Source: a virus
Taxonomy: Duplodnaviria; Caudoviricetes
Direction: 5' to 3' (one strand)
DNA: 64,000 nucleotides
IMG/VR virus record: IMGVR_UViG_3300033073_001332
Coordinates: 128,001 to 192,000 of that record
How positions within the stretch are numbered: the first letter of the stretch is position 1; each line of letters starts with the position of its first letter. This document shows, piece after piece, positions 41,108 to 50,040 of the stretch. A model generated the notes under the pieces. The model had not been told where the DNA came from, ran no database searches, and saw only the letters and a list, made by a program, of their open reading frames with translations. The translations under genes and the position numbers were made by a program.

Positions 41108-44100
41108 ATGCCAACTTATAATAGACTAACCGATAGGTCTTTAGCGACCGGAGTAACACTAAATGATTTAATTCATATAGTAATAACGGGTGATACGTCA
41201 CAAAACGCCGCGGGTTCATCATATAAAGCAACAATTCGACAATTAGCAAATGCAATTACTGGGGCGACAGGAACTGCAGGTACTGCCGGTACATCTGGAA
41301 CAAACGGAACTTCAGGTACTAGTGGTATTGGAACAAACGGAACTTCAGGTACTAGTGGTATTGGAACAAACGGAACTTCAGGTACTAGTGGTGTTGGTAC
41401 TAACGGAACTTCAGGTACTAGTGGTGTTGGTACTAACGGAACGTCAGGGACTAATGGGACAAACGGAACGTCAGGAACTAATGGTACTAGTGGTATTTCA
41501 TTTATTTGGAGAGGTAATTGGGACAATTTAATTAATTATGATTTGAATGACGTTGTGTACTATAATGGTAGTTCATACATAAATGTAGACGTTTCTCACG
41601 ATAATCAAGGTATGACTCCACCTTCATCCGGTATATGGGAATTAATGGTCGAAAGTGGTACATCAGGAACAAGTGGTGCTAGTGGAACTAGTGGGAGCTC
41701 AGGACTAAACGGAACATCGGGCACGAATGGTACAAGTGGAAGTAGCGGTTCATCAGGTTTATCGGGAACAAACGGTACTAGTGGGACTGATGGGTCTTCA
41801 GGGATGTCTGGTATTGACGGAGCGTTAAGCGCTAGATGGTTATTTGGGTCAACATACACACCACCTACATCACCTGTAGTGGCGAATGGATATTTTTATA
41901 CTGATAATGTAAATTTAAATACTATAACTGAATTTTATATTGCGGTCGTAGGTGAAAATACCGTTGATTATACAACCATGTTTATAAAATTAGCGGCTAG
42001 CGCTTCAATTATTGCAACAATTACTGATGTTACAAATAATTCAATTCTTGGTAGTTGGGATATTCAATCAATTACAAATCAAGGGTTATCATACTCTTTT
42101 GTAACTAATAATACATTAGCCTCTAATGGAACACTAACACCTGGTTCATCTTATTCTATAAGTTTTTCTATTGTAGGTGGTAGTGGTTCTTCAGGTAGTT
42201 CTGGTTCAAGTGGAACAAGTGGTTCTTCAGGTAGTTCTGGAACTTCAGGTTCAAGTGGTTCAAGTGGAAGCTCAGGACTAAATGGAACATCAGGTTCTTC
42301 AGGTTTATCAGGGACAAATGGAAGTTCAGGTTCAAGTGGAACAAGTGGTTCTTCAGGTAGTTCTGGAACTTCAGGTTCAAGTGGTTCAAGTGGAACATCA
42401 GGTTCATCAGGAACAGGGTTTAATGCGGTCCAAACACCTGCTGTTACAAGAGTTTTAACATCTGATGGAACAACAACAGGTGCAATTGCACAATCAGGAT
42501 TAACATATAACGGCAGTCAATTAACTGTTAGCGGTTTAACCTATACGAGCGGAATTACATCTATTAGTGGAATCATATTCAAACAAGTAACAATTAATAG
42601 TTCTTATACTGCAACGACTCAAGACTACATGATTGATGTAACAGGAGGAACATTCACCGTATCACTACCAACTGCGGTAGGACAACAAGGTAGGTTATAT
42701 GTAATTAAAAACAATGGTGGGGGTGCAGTTACGGTAGACCCGTTTGGGAGCGAAACAATTGATGGGAAACCTTTTGTAATATTAGGTGAAACAAACTCAA
42801 TTCAAATAGCAAGTAATGGTACAGAATGGGTGGCATTAGGGTATAACATATCAACGGTAAACTCATCAACGGGTGTATTTGAATTTTCAGGTTTAACTAT
42901 AGCGTCACCAACCACATTTACCGTTGCCCCCGTTAAGGGTTGGATTGTGGATGATACAAGTAATCCATTATCACCACAACTTTATTATGTGTCATATAGT
43001 GGTGGAACACATACTGCGAGTTACGTAACAACAAATACGGGAACTTGGATTTATTTAACAAGTGGAGGGACAATATCCCAACAACCTACCGCGTTAACAG
43101 ATATTCAAAGAAGACAAAATATATTTTTAGGTAAATTAGGTCATGCAAATAAAACAAGTATCATTAATGCGTTTAGCCAACCTGATTTTGTTTTATCACC
43201 TTTGGCACAACTTCGTGATGTGTTCGACCCAATTAGTTTAATTAATGAGGGGGTTCAGACATCAGCAAATGGCACAAATTTATCATTTAATACAAGTGCG
43301 GGATATCTTCACGGATTGGGTATTAATTTTGCAAATGATACATTAAACCCTAATACATTATATATATCAGGGACATCACCATGTACTTTTCAATATAGAA
43401 CACAAACAGGAGGAACATCATCAAACGTCACACTTATAGACCCTACAAAATATGATGTTGGAGGTGTAATTACAAGTTTATCAGGAACTAAAGCAACCAA
43501 TCAAAGAATTTATTTAGTACAAAATGGGGTGTTTAGGGTTCAATATGGACAGACCCAATACTCAACATTAGCACAGGCAGTTGCAGGTATCGCAACTGAA
43601 CAATATGTAGAATTTGTTAACTTTCAAACAAATGGTATTTTAATCGGTGTATTATCAGTTTTAAGTTCGGCAACGGATTTATCAGACTCAAGTAAAGCGT
43701 TATTTTTTAACGTATCGAAATTTGGTGACGCAACAGGTGCTGCCGGAGGAACTCCAACAACAAATTTACAACAAGCATATAATAACTCATCAGAACCTGA
43801 AATAATCATTAATTCAACATTAGGTGCATTATCAATTAAAAATGGTAGTGGTAATCCGGACATCACTACAAATATATTTGAAGGTGTCGACTCAACAAAT
43901 AATGTAACATCTTATATAACTGCAAGGGGCGATGTAACCGGGTCTAGGTTTACTACCACTGGTATAATTAGTGGAGGTTCGGTAACGTCACCAACCATAT
44001 CAGCAACTACATTATCCGCAAATACAATTTCATCACCTACAATATCTGCAACTACTTTATCTGCAAATACAATTTCATCACCAACAATAACATCACCAAC

Positions 44101-44569
44101 AATATCGGCAACCACACTTTCAGCAACAACAATAGTTTTAAATGGGTCTAATATAACATCATCTTGGACATCATACACACCTATTTGGTCATCAAATGGT
44201 ACCCAACCTGTCTTAGGTAATGGTTCACTTACAGGAGCATACAAAGTTATTGGTAAAACATGTTTTGTACGTGCAAGATTAGCACTTGGAACAACATCAA
44301 CAGGTGGTAGTGGACATTGGTTATTTAGTTTACCTTTTTCTGCTTCTACTTCAGATGGTATACAATTCCCATGCTCAATGCTTGATAACGGAAATGCGTG
44401 GTATGAGGGGACAGTTAATGGAACATATGCTGGACTTACTGATAAAACTGCAATCATAGCTAAATCTAGTGGAACAACAAGCTCATCAGAAGCAGTAACT
44501 GCAACTATGCCATTCGTATGGGGAGCTGCGGATAGTCTACAATTTAATGGTTCATACGAAATTGCTTAA
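41108..44569 (+). CDS. Tail fibre with collagen-like Gly-X-Y (GTS/GSS/GTN) tracts
   Basis: Three G-X-Y tracts, WRGNW..Y..NDVVYYNGSSY module, TVSLPTAVG..GRLYVIKN module, C-terminal WTSYTP..GAYKVIGKTCFV tip domain; TATTTATA at 41093. Confidence 0.8.
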   Translation: MPTYNRLTDRSLATGVTLNDLIHIVITGDTSQNAAGSSYKATIRQLANAITGATGTAGTAGTSGTNGTSGTSGIGTNGTSGTSGIGTNGTSGTSGVGTNGTSGTSGVGTNGTSGTNGTNGTSGTNGTSGISFIWRGNWDNLINYDLNDVVYYNGSSYINVDVSHDNQGMTPPSSGIWELMVESGTSGTSGASGTSGSSGLNGTSGTNGTSGSSGSSGLSGTNGTSGTDGSSGMSGIDGALSARWLFGSTYTPPTSPVVANGYFYTDNVNLNTITEFYIAVVGENTVDYTTMFIKLAASASIIATITDVTNNSILGSWDIQSITNQGLSYSFVTNNTLASNGTLTPGSSYSISFSIVGGSGSSGSSGSSGTSGSSGSSGTSGSSGSSGSSGLNGTSGSSGLSGTNGSSGSSGTSGSSGSSGTSGSSGSSGTSGSSGTGFNAVQTPAVTRVLTSDGTTTGAIAQSGLTYNGSQLTVSGLTYTSGITSISGIIFKQVTINSSYTATTQDYMIDVTGGTFTVSLPTAVGQQGRLYVIKNNGGGAVTVDPFGSETIDGKPFVILGETNSIQIASNGTEWVALGYNISTVNSSTGVFEFSGLTIASPTTFTVAPVKGWIVDDTSNPLSPQLYYVSYSGGTHTASYVTTNTGTWIYLTSGGTISQQPTALTDIQRRQNIFLGKLGHANKTSIINAFSQPDFVLSPLAQLRDVFDPISLINEGVQTSANGTNLSFNTSAGYLHGLGINFANDTLNPNTLYISGTSPCTFQYRTQTGGTSSNVTLIDPTKYDVGGVITSLSGTKATNQRIYLVQNGVFRVQYGQTQYSTLAQAVAGIATEQYVEFVNFQTNGILIGVLSVLSSATDLSDSSKALFFNVSKFGDATGAAGGTPTTNLQQAYNNSSEPEIIINSTLGALSIKNGSGNPDITTNIFEGVDSTNNVTSYITARGDVTGSRFTTTGIISGGSVTSPTISATTLSANTISSPTISATTLSANTISSPTITSPTISATTLSATTIVLNGSNITSSWTSYTPIWSSNGTQPVLGNGSLTGAYKVIGKTCFVRARLALGTTSTGGSGHWLFSLPFSASTSDGIQFPCSMLDNGNAWYEGTVNGTYAGLTDKTAIIAKSSGTTSSSEAVTATMPFVWGAADSLQFNGSYEIA
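41297..41428 (+). repeat. 33-bp tandem repeat x4 encoding GTNGTSGTSG(I/V)
   Basis: Units start at 41297, 41330, 41363 and 41396 and are near-identical in DNA. Confidence 0.9.
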
Positions 44570-44616
44570 TCATTTATTTACGTAACAAATTTCATATCTT
44601 CTAAAAAAAGAAGAGA

Positions 44617-45816
44617 ATGAAAATATTTGTTCAAATTGCATCTTATCGTGACCCCGAACTTTTACCAACCATCAGAGATTGTATCCATAAAGCAAAGTAT
44701 CCTGAAAATTTAACATTTGGAATTTGTTGGCAACATGATGAAACCGAATCGATGGAAGAATTTGCAAATGACGAAAGATTTAAAATCTTAGACTATCATT
44801 GGAGTTGGAGTAAAGGTCTTTGTTGGGCTCGTTCTGAAATTCAAAAACTATGGAATGGTGAAGAGTATACGATGCAATTAGATTCACATCACAGATTTTT
44901 ACAAGATTGGGATGTTGAATTAATTGAAATGATGAAACTTACAGGTTCAGAAAAACCAATCATCACAACATATGCCGGAATGTACCGACCAAGTGATAAT
45001 CAATTATTGAATATTGAACCATACAAAATGGTGGCATCTAATTTCACACCAGGAGGAACAATTCTTTTTAGACCACACGTTATTGAAAATTGGCAAACTT
45101 TAGATAAACCAATCCCTGCAAGATTTGTAAGCGGACACTTCTTTTTTACTATTGGAAAACATTGTGAGGAATACAAGTATGACCCCAATTTATATTTTGC
45201 CGGTGATGAAATCAGTTTATCCATTAGGTCATTTACTTTAGGTTATGATTTATTTCACCCTTATAAGACGGTTATTTGGCATGAATACACAAGAGAAGGT
45301 AGGACAAAACATTGGACAGACTTCAACGATGAAAACAAAAACAAAGGTGTTGTTGAAAAGCCTTGGTGGATTATGGATAATGAATCCAAAAGAAGATTAA
45401 GGCACATGTTACAAGAGGAAGATAATAATATTGACCTTGAAGAATACGGATTAGGTAATGTAAGAACACATAGTGATTATGAACTTTATGCTGGTATTAA
45501 TTTTAAAGAAAGAGTTTTACATGAAAACACTATAAAAGGAATAGACCCACCTGTTAATGATAATAGTGATTGGTATTTAAAAACTAAAAACACATATAAT
45601 TTAGAACTTGATATTCCTTTTACTGAAAACTTTAAATTCATTTATATTGGTATTGAAGACGATAATGGAAATGTGATACATCGACAAGATTTAACGTCAT
45701 ACACCCCCAAGATTAAAGTTAAAATTGAAAGTTTTTCTAAACCACATAAGTGGGTATATTGGGTTAACAACATAAACGATGAATGGGTAAATAGACAAGA
45801 TATTTTATTTTTATAA
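44617..45816 (+). CDS. GT60-like (Gnt1/Gnt2-type, Pfam GlcNAc) glycosyltransferase
   Basis: IFVQIASYRDPEL..TI, GLCWAR, YTMQLDSHHRF..WD (DSH motif), YDPNLYFAGDEISLSIRSFTLGYDLFHP, WHEY. Confidence 0.8.
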   Translation: MKIFVQIASYRDPELLPTIRDCIHKAKYPENLTFGICWQHDETESMEEFANDERFKILDYHWSWSKGLCWARSEIQKLWNGEEYTMQLDSHHRFLQDWDVELIEMMKLTGSEKPIITTYAGMYRPSDNQLLNIEPYKMVASNFTPGGTILFRPHVIENWQTLDKPIPARFVSGHFFFTIGKHCEEYKYDPNLYFAGDEISLSIRSFTLGYDLFHPYKTVIWHEYTREGRTKHWTDFNDENKNKGVVEKPWWIMDNESKRRLRHMLQEEDNNIDLEEYGLGNVRTHSDYELYAGINFKERVLHENTIKGIDPPVNDNSDWYLKTKNTYNLELDIPFTENFKFIYIGIEDDNGNVIHRQDLTSYTPKIKVKIESFSKPHKWVYWVNNINDEWVNRQDILFL

Positions 45817-45873
45817 ACCAAAGGGTAATAAAATAGATTTTTGATTATTTATATAATAAAGTTTCACACTTAA

Positions 45874-47472
45874 ATGGCTAATGTAATTTTTAGTAGTTGT
45901 TGTTATAACCTCGTATATAGTGCCACGAGTTTTTTTGGTACAAGTACGGTAGGTACGGTTCACAGCGTTAGCGGTGATACAAACATGCCTGATGGTTGTT
46001 ATACAATTATGTCATCAGGTACGGGTACCTTAATTACTTTTGATGGTTCTTCTACGGTCGCTTCAGGGTGTACAAGTTTACAATGCATTGATTGTTGCTC
46101 AAGTACTTTATGTATTAGTGTACCAACTACATTATATAGTGGATATAGTGGAAACTACACGGTTCAAGGAGGACATAACTCATACCCATATTGGACAGGA
46201 GGAACATCAAGTATAGGATACTTACATTATAACGGAACTTATTGGTGTTTAAGTAATTCTTTAAGTGGTTCTTGTATATTCTTTGGGTCAAACCCAACAT
46301 TTTCAGTATGTCCTGATTTAGATGAAACGGTAATGACAACAGGTGCTTGTGTTCCAACACCAACACCATATGACCCGTGTTCTGTTTTGGATTTTGATGT
46401 TTTGTTGGAATGCAATATCCCAACTCCAACACCTACACCGACCCCAACTCCTACACCTACACCAACCCCAACGCCAACTCCAACAGCAAATATTTGTAGT
46501 GCATTTACGGCTAATATAACATATCAAACCGCAACACCTACACCAACTCCAACACCGACACCCACACCAACCCCAACACCGACGGTTACACCTTCGGCAG
46601 ATACGGTTACGTTTGTGGTTGATAATGGGAACTTTGTCTGTGCTACGGTTAAAGAATTGGTTGATTGTTATACGGGAACTAAATATTATGTTTCAGGACC
46701 ATTGTTATTAACAGGTTCTACTGCAACAACTATCACAACAACAGGAACAACAATCTATGGTGTGATAAATAATGATATAAGATGTGCAACATATACACAA
46801 AATGTTAATGGAAGTGCAAATGCATCAATTCAATATATAATTTCAGCATATACTGGTTATTGTTCGGTTTCTTGTGTTACTCCAACACCTACTCCAACTC
46901 CTACTCCAACACCAACTCCAACTCCTACACCAACACCAACTCCGACTCCAACTTACGCAGCTGGAACCGTGTTTGTATTTACATCTTGTACTTCTAATAG
47001 TATGATAACACAAACATCATACCCGCCAACTAACCTTACTATTGGTAATGTATTAAAAACTTTATCAGGTGATTGTTATAGTTATGTTGGAAACTATGTG
47101 GGATATGTTGCTCCGTCAGGATATGTGGTTGCAAATATAAATCAATTTACTGCAACTACAGCCACGACATACACTGATTGCGTTGATTGTTTAACCGTGA
47201 CTGCAGCCACTACATCGTATAACACATGGAAAGGAAGTTTTGGATTTGCCTTGAATTGTCCTGTTTGTCAAATAACTGACTTTGGTAGAAAAAATACTTT
47301 CTACACATCTAATCTAATATCTGAAATTACTACAGGTGTCTACATCTTTAGTGATTCAGGATTAACTAAACCGGTAACTGAAGATTACCTACAATACGGA
47401 AACTTTATTTATAGAGTCGATGTAAGTGGTAAATTAACACAATACTGTACCGTAAACGGAAATTGTAAATAA
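45874..47472 (+). CDS. Cys-rich, mucin-like Pro-Thr repeat virion protein
   Basis: Three long PT tracts separating Cys-rich beta domains; TATTTATA at 45846. Confidence 0.7.
   Translation: MANVIFSSCCYNLVYSATSFFGTSTVGTVHSVSGDTNMPDGCYTIMSSGTGTLITFDGSSTVASGCTSLQCIDCCSSTLCISVPTTLYSGYSGNYTVQGGHNSYPYWTGGTSSIGYLHYNGTYWCLSNSLSGSCIFFGSNPTFSVCPDLDETVMTTGACVPTPTPYDPCSVLDFDVLLECNIPTPTPTPTPTPTPTPTPTPTPTANICSAFTANITYQTATPTPTPTPTPTPTPTPTVTPSADTVTFVVDNGNFVCATVKELVDCYTGTKYYVSGPLLLTGSTATTITTTGTTIYGVINNDIRCATYTQNVNGSANASIQYIISAYTGYCSVSCVTPTPTPTPTPTPTPTPTPTPTPTPTYAAGTVFVFTSCTSNSMITQTSYPPTNLTIGNVLKTLSGDCYSYVGNYVGYVAPSGYVVANINQFTATTATTYTDCVDCLTVTAATTSYNTWKGSFGFALNCPVCQITDFGRKNTFYTSNLISEITTGVYIFSDSGLTKPVTEDYLQYGNFIYRVDVSGKLTQYCTVNGNCK
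46420..46953 (+). repeat. Three Pro-Thr coding repeat tracts (46420-46485, ~46534-46593, 46879-46953)
   Basis: About (PT)11, (TP)8 and (TP)12, with varied synonymous codons. Confidence 0.9.
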
Positions 47473-48410
47473 TGGCTATAAATGTAACCGTAAGTTCAAT
47501 AGTATCAGGGACATCACCATATAATGTATGGGTATGTGATAGTTGTGACATTGGTGCGACTTGCCAATACATAGACTCATTTTCAACAAGTGCATACACA
47601 TTTACTCTACCAACAATTTATGAAAGTTACTCAACATATTATGTTAAAGTAATTGATTCAAATGGTTGTAGTTATTGTATGTCTCCTGATTTAATTGGTT
47701 GTAATATTTTTGTTGGTTATTGGGATGGAAACAATTATTACAAATATAATGTAATGAGTGATATTGAAGAAGGACCATTATCATTAGTAATTACACCAAC
47801 CGTAGACAATAGTCCGATGGCGAATACCGACGATAAGATATGGTTCTTATCGTCAACAGGTGCCACTGAATTAGATATTACTATTGACCCATTTACTAAC
47901 ACATATAGTAGAGAAATAGCAATCAATTTAGATGTGAACAAAGAAATATTTGCTATTGATAATAATAACTTATTAGTACTGGCTACAAACACAGGGACAT
48001 CAACAACTCATGTTTATAGTGCTAACATTACTGGTACAACGGCATCTACAACAAATCTTATTCAGATTGTAGGTTCCCTTTCAGGTGAACCCTTTATTAG
48101 GGATATGAAACTATCAACCGAAGATAAATTAATTGTTATTGGTACAAAAACGGGAACAACTTATTTACAACAATATGATTACGTTTCAGGAGGTACTTTA
48201 GAAGTTGAAATAAACTTATCAGGAATAACTAACGTAGGTTCATTGGTAGAAACGAACGACCAATTTTATATTTTAAACAATTCAAATGAAGTTTATCAGA
48301 TAAATTTAACGGCACCATATTTAATAACGTTTGTAAAAACATCAACAACACCAATAGGTTTTGGAAGGTCTTCACAAAAATATGGATGTATAACACAAAA
48401 ATTCACATAA
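47472..48410 (+). CDS. Structural protein: N-terminal adapter module plus beta-propeller-like domain
   Basis: SGTSPYNVWVCD..YVKVIDSNGC is shared with the 40508 and 40796 genes; repeating beta-strand C-terminal region. Confidence 0.55.
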   Translation: MAINVTVSSIVSGTSPYNVWVCDSCDIGATCQYIDSFSTSAYTFTLPTIYESYSTYYVKVIDSNGCSYCMSPDLIGCNIFVGYWDGNNYYKYNVMSDIEEGPLSLVITPTVDNSPMANTDDKIWFLSSTGATELDITIDPFTNTYSREIAINLDVNKEIFAIDNNNLLVLATNTGTSTTHVYSANITGTTASTTNLIQIVGSLSGEPFIRDMKLSTEDKLIVIGTKTGTTYLQQYDYVSGGTLEVEINLSGITNVGSLVETNDQFYILNNSNEVYQINLTAPYLITFVKTSTTPIGFGRSSQKYGCITQKFT

Positions 48411-48411
48411 A

Positions 48412-50010
48412 ATGGGTCAATTAAGTGGTAATAGTTGTAATATAATAACCCTTTTTCCTTTGGGATTAGAATGTAATAGTGTTAATTCGTCAACACCACA
48501 AACAACAAATGGTTTGATTTCGTTATATATTACAGGTGGAACACCACCTTATAATGTTACATGGAATAATGGTCAACAAGGAACATTATTAACAAATCTT
48601 GGACCTGGTGATTATACAGCAACCGTAGTTGATTTTTATGGTGATTTTACAGGAACAACAACATGTACGGTTGGGTATGATAGTTTCTATTTAGAAGAGT
48701 TTGAAGATTGTTCTAATTCTGGAAGTTACATATATTATTTAGCTGACTTATATAACCCATTCAGTGCGTCTTCTGTTTACAGATTAACAACACAGACAGG
48801 TTGTTGGACAAGTAGTGGAACTACATTACACACAGGTCAAACATATTATGATTATTTTGCTGTGAGTTCGGCAGGACCTTACACAGGTTGTACAGAGTGT
48901 TTACCACCGGTTACACCTACACCAATCATACCAAGTGGATTATGTTTAACACAAACCGTTAACTCAACACCTACATTAATTAATTTCTACTCAGCAGGGA
49001 CACTTAATGGTATGATGAGTTGGACTAGTGTAACACCAAGTTATAAAATATATTATAGTTCAGGAACAACAAAATGGATGTTGAGTGGATGGACAAATGG
49101 TTCAGTATTCAAACAATCACCAACATCACCACCAACAGGAAGTTGGACCGTAACAGGACCAAGTGCGTTTACAACAACAATTACGGTATTATCTGGTAAT
49201 TGTTCTTCAGCACCATTGAAAGTTAAAGTAAATTCTACAAACCCAATATGTGCAAATCAAACAAATGGGTCTATGATTTTAACAGGAAGTGGAGGAGTCC
49301 CTACCTACACCTACTCATTGAATGGCGTTAATTACCAATCATCAAACATCTTCTCAAGTTTAGGTGTCGGTACATATACGGTATATATTAAAGATTCGGT
49401 TGGTAACGTATATTCAACAACCCAAACTTTAGTACCACAACAAAGTGTACAAAATTATGTGGTTAGTTTGAATCTTAACGAACAAACTCCACAATCATTT
49501 GGTAACGCAACAAGTAAAACAACAAACTGGTCAATATCGGTTTCACCGGCGTTACCTACAGGAACAACGGTAAACATGACACTCACATTCAACGTTAATT
49601 ATACCGCAAATACAAATACATCAACGATTGTTCCTACAATAACAAATTCAATAACTTCCACAACTTCTCCAAATGCGGTTGTAACACAAACAAGTGTAAG
49701 TACAACGACAGGTACAAGTACGGCAAGACCAAGTTGTACTAATGGATTCACTAGAACAAGTGCATATACTGAAACATATAGTGTACAATTAACAAATAAT
49801 GGTTCGGCGAATGGTACGATTGTTCAATATGTGAACACTCCTTGTGTTGCTACAGGTTGTGTATTAAATGGATTTATAGTTGATAGTGTTTCTATACAAA
49901 ACATTTCAATTACACCATCACTTTGTAGAAGTATTAATAAAAATGTTACACCACAGAAAACACAACTTAATAAAACAGGTAATTTATGTCCTGCGGCGAG
50001 TGGAGCGTAA
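48412..50010 (+). CDS. SprB-repeat-containing virion protein
   Basis: TGGTPPYNVTWNNG..NLGPGDYTATVVD and SGGVPTYTYSLNG..LGVGTYTVYIKDSVG. Confidence 0.7.
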   Translation: MGQLSGNSCNIITLFPLGLECNSVNSSTPQTTNGLISLYITGGTPPYNVTWNNGQQGTLLTNLGPGDYTATVVDFYGDFTGTTTCTVGYDSFYLEEFEDCSNSGSYIYYLADLYNPFSASSVYRLTTQTGCWTSSGTTLHTGQTYYDYFAVSSAGPYTGCTECLPPVTPTPIIPSGLCLTQTVNSTPTLINFYSAGTLNGMMSWTSVTPSYKIYYSSGTTKWMLSGWTNGSVFKQSPTSPPTGSWTVTGPSAFTTTITVLSGNCSSAPLKVKVNSTNPICANQTNGSMILTGSGGVPTYTYSLNGVNYQSSNIFSSLGVGTYTVYIKDSVGNVYSTTQTLVPQQSVQNYVVSLNLNEQTPQSFGNATSKTTNWSISVSPALPTGTTVNMTLTFNVNYTANTNTSTIVPTITNSITSTTSPNAVVTQTSVSTTTGTSTARPSCTNGFTRTSAYTETYSVQLTNNGSANGTIVQYVNTPCVATGCVLNGFIVDSVSIQNISITPSLCRSINKNVTPQKTQLNKTGNLCPAASGA

Positions 50011-50040
50011 TAAAAAAATAAAAAAAGATATTTATAAAAT

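Noticed and set aside
41261-46953. CRISPR array or other non-coding repeats
   Set aside because: All repeats are in-frame coding tracts (G-X-Y, PT, SPTISATTLSANTI) without unique spacers.
37482-50010. Diversity-generating retroelement targeting the fibres
   Set aside because: No reverse transcriptase and no template/variable repeat pair noticed in this window.
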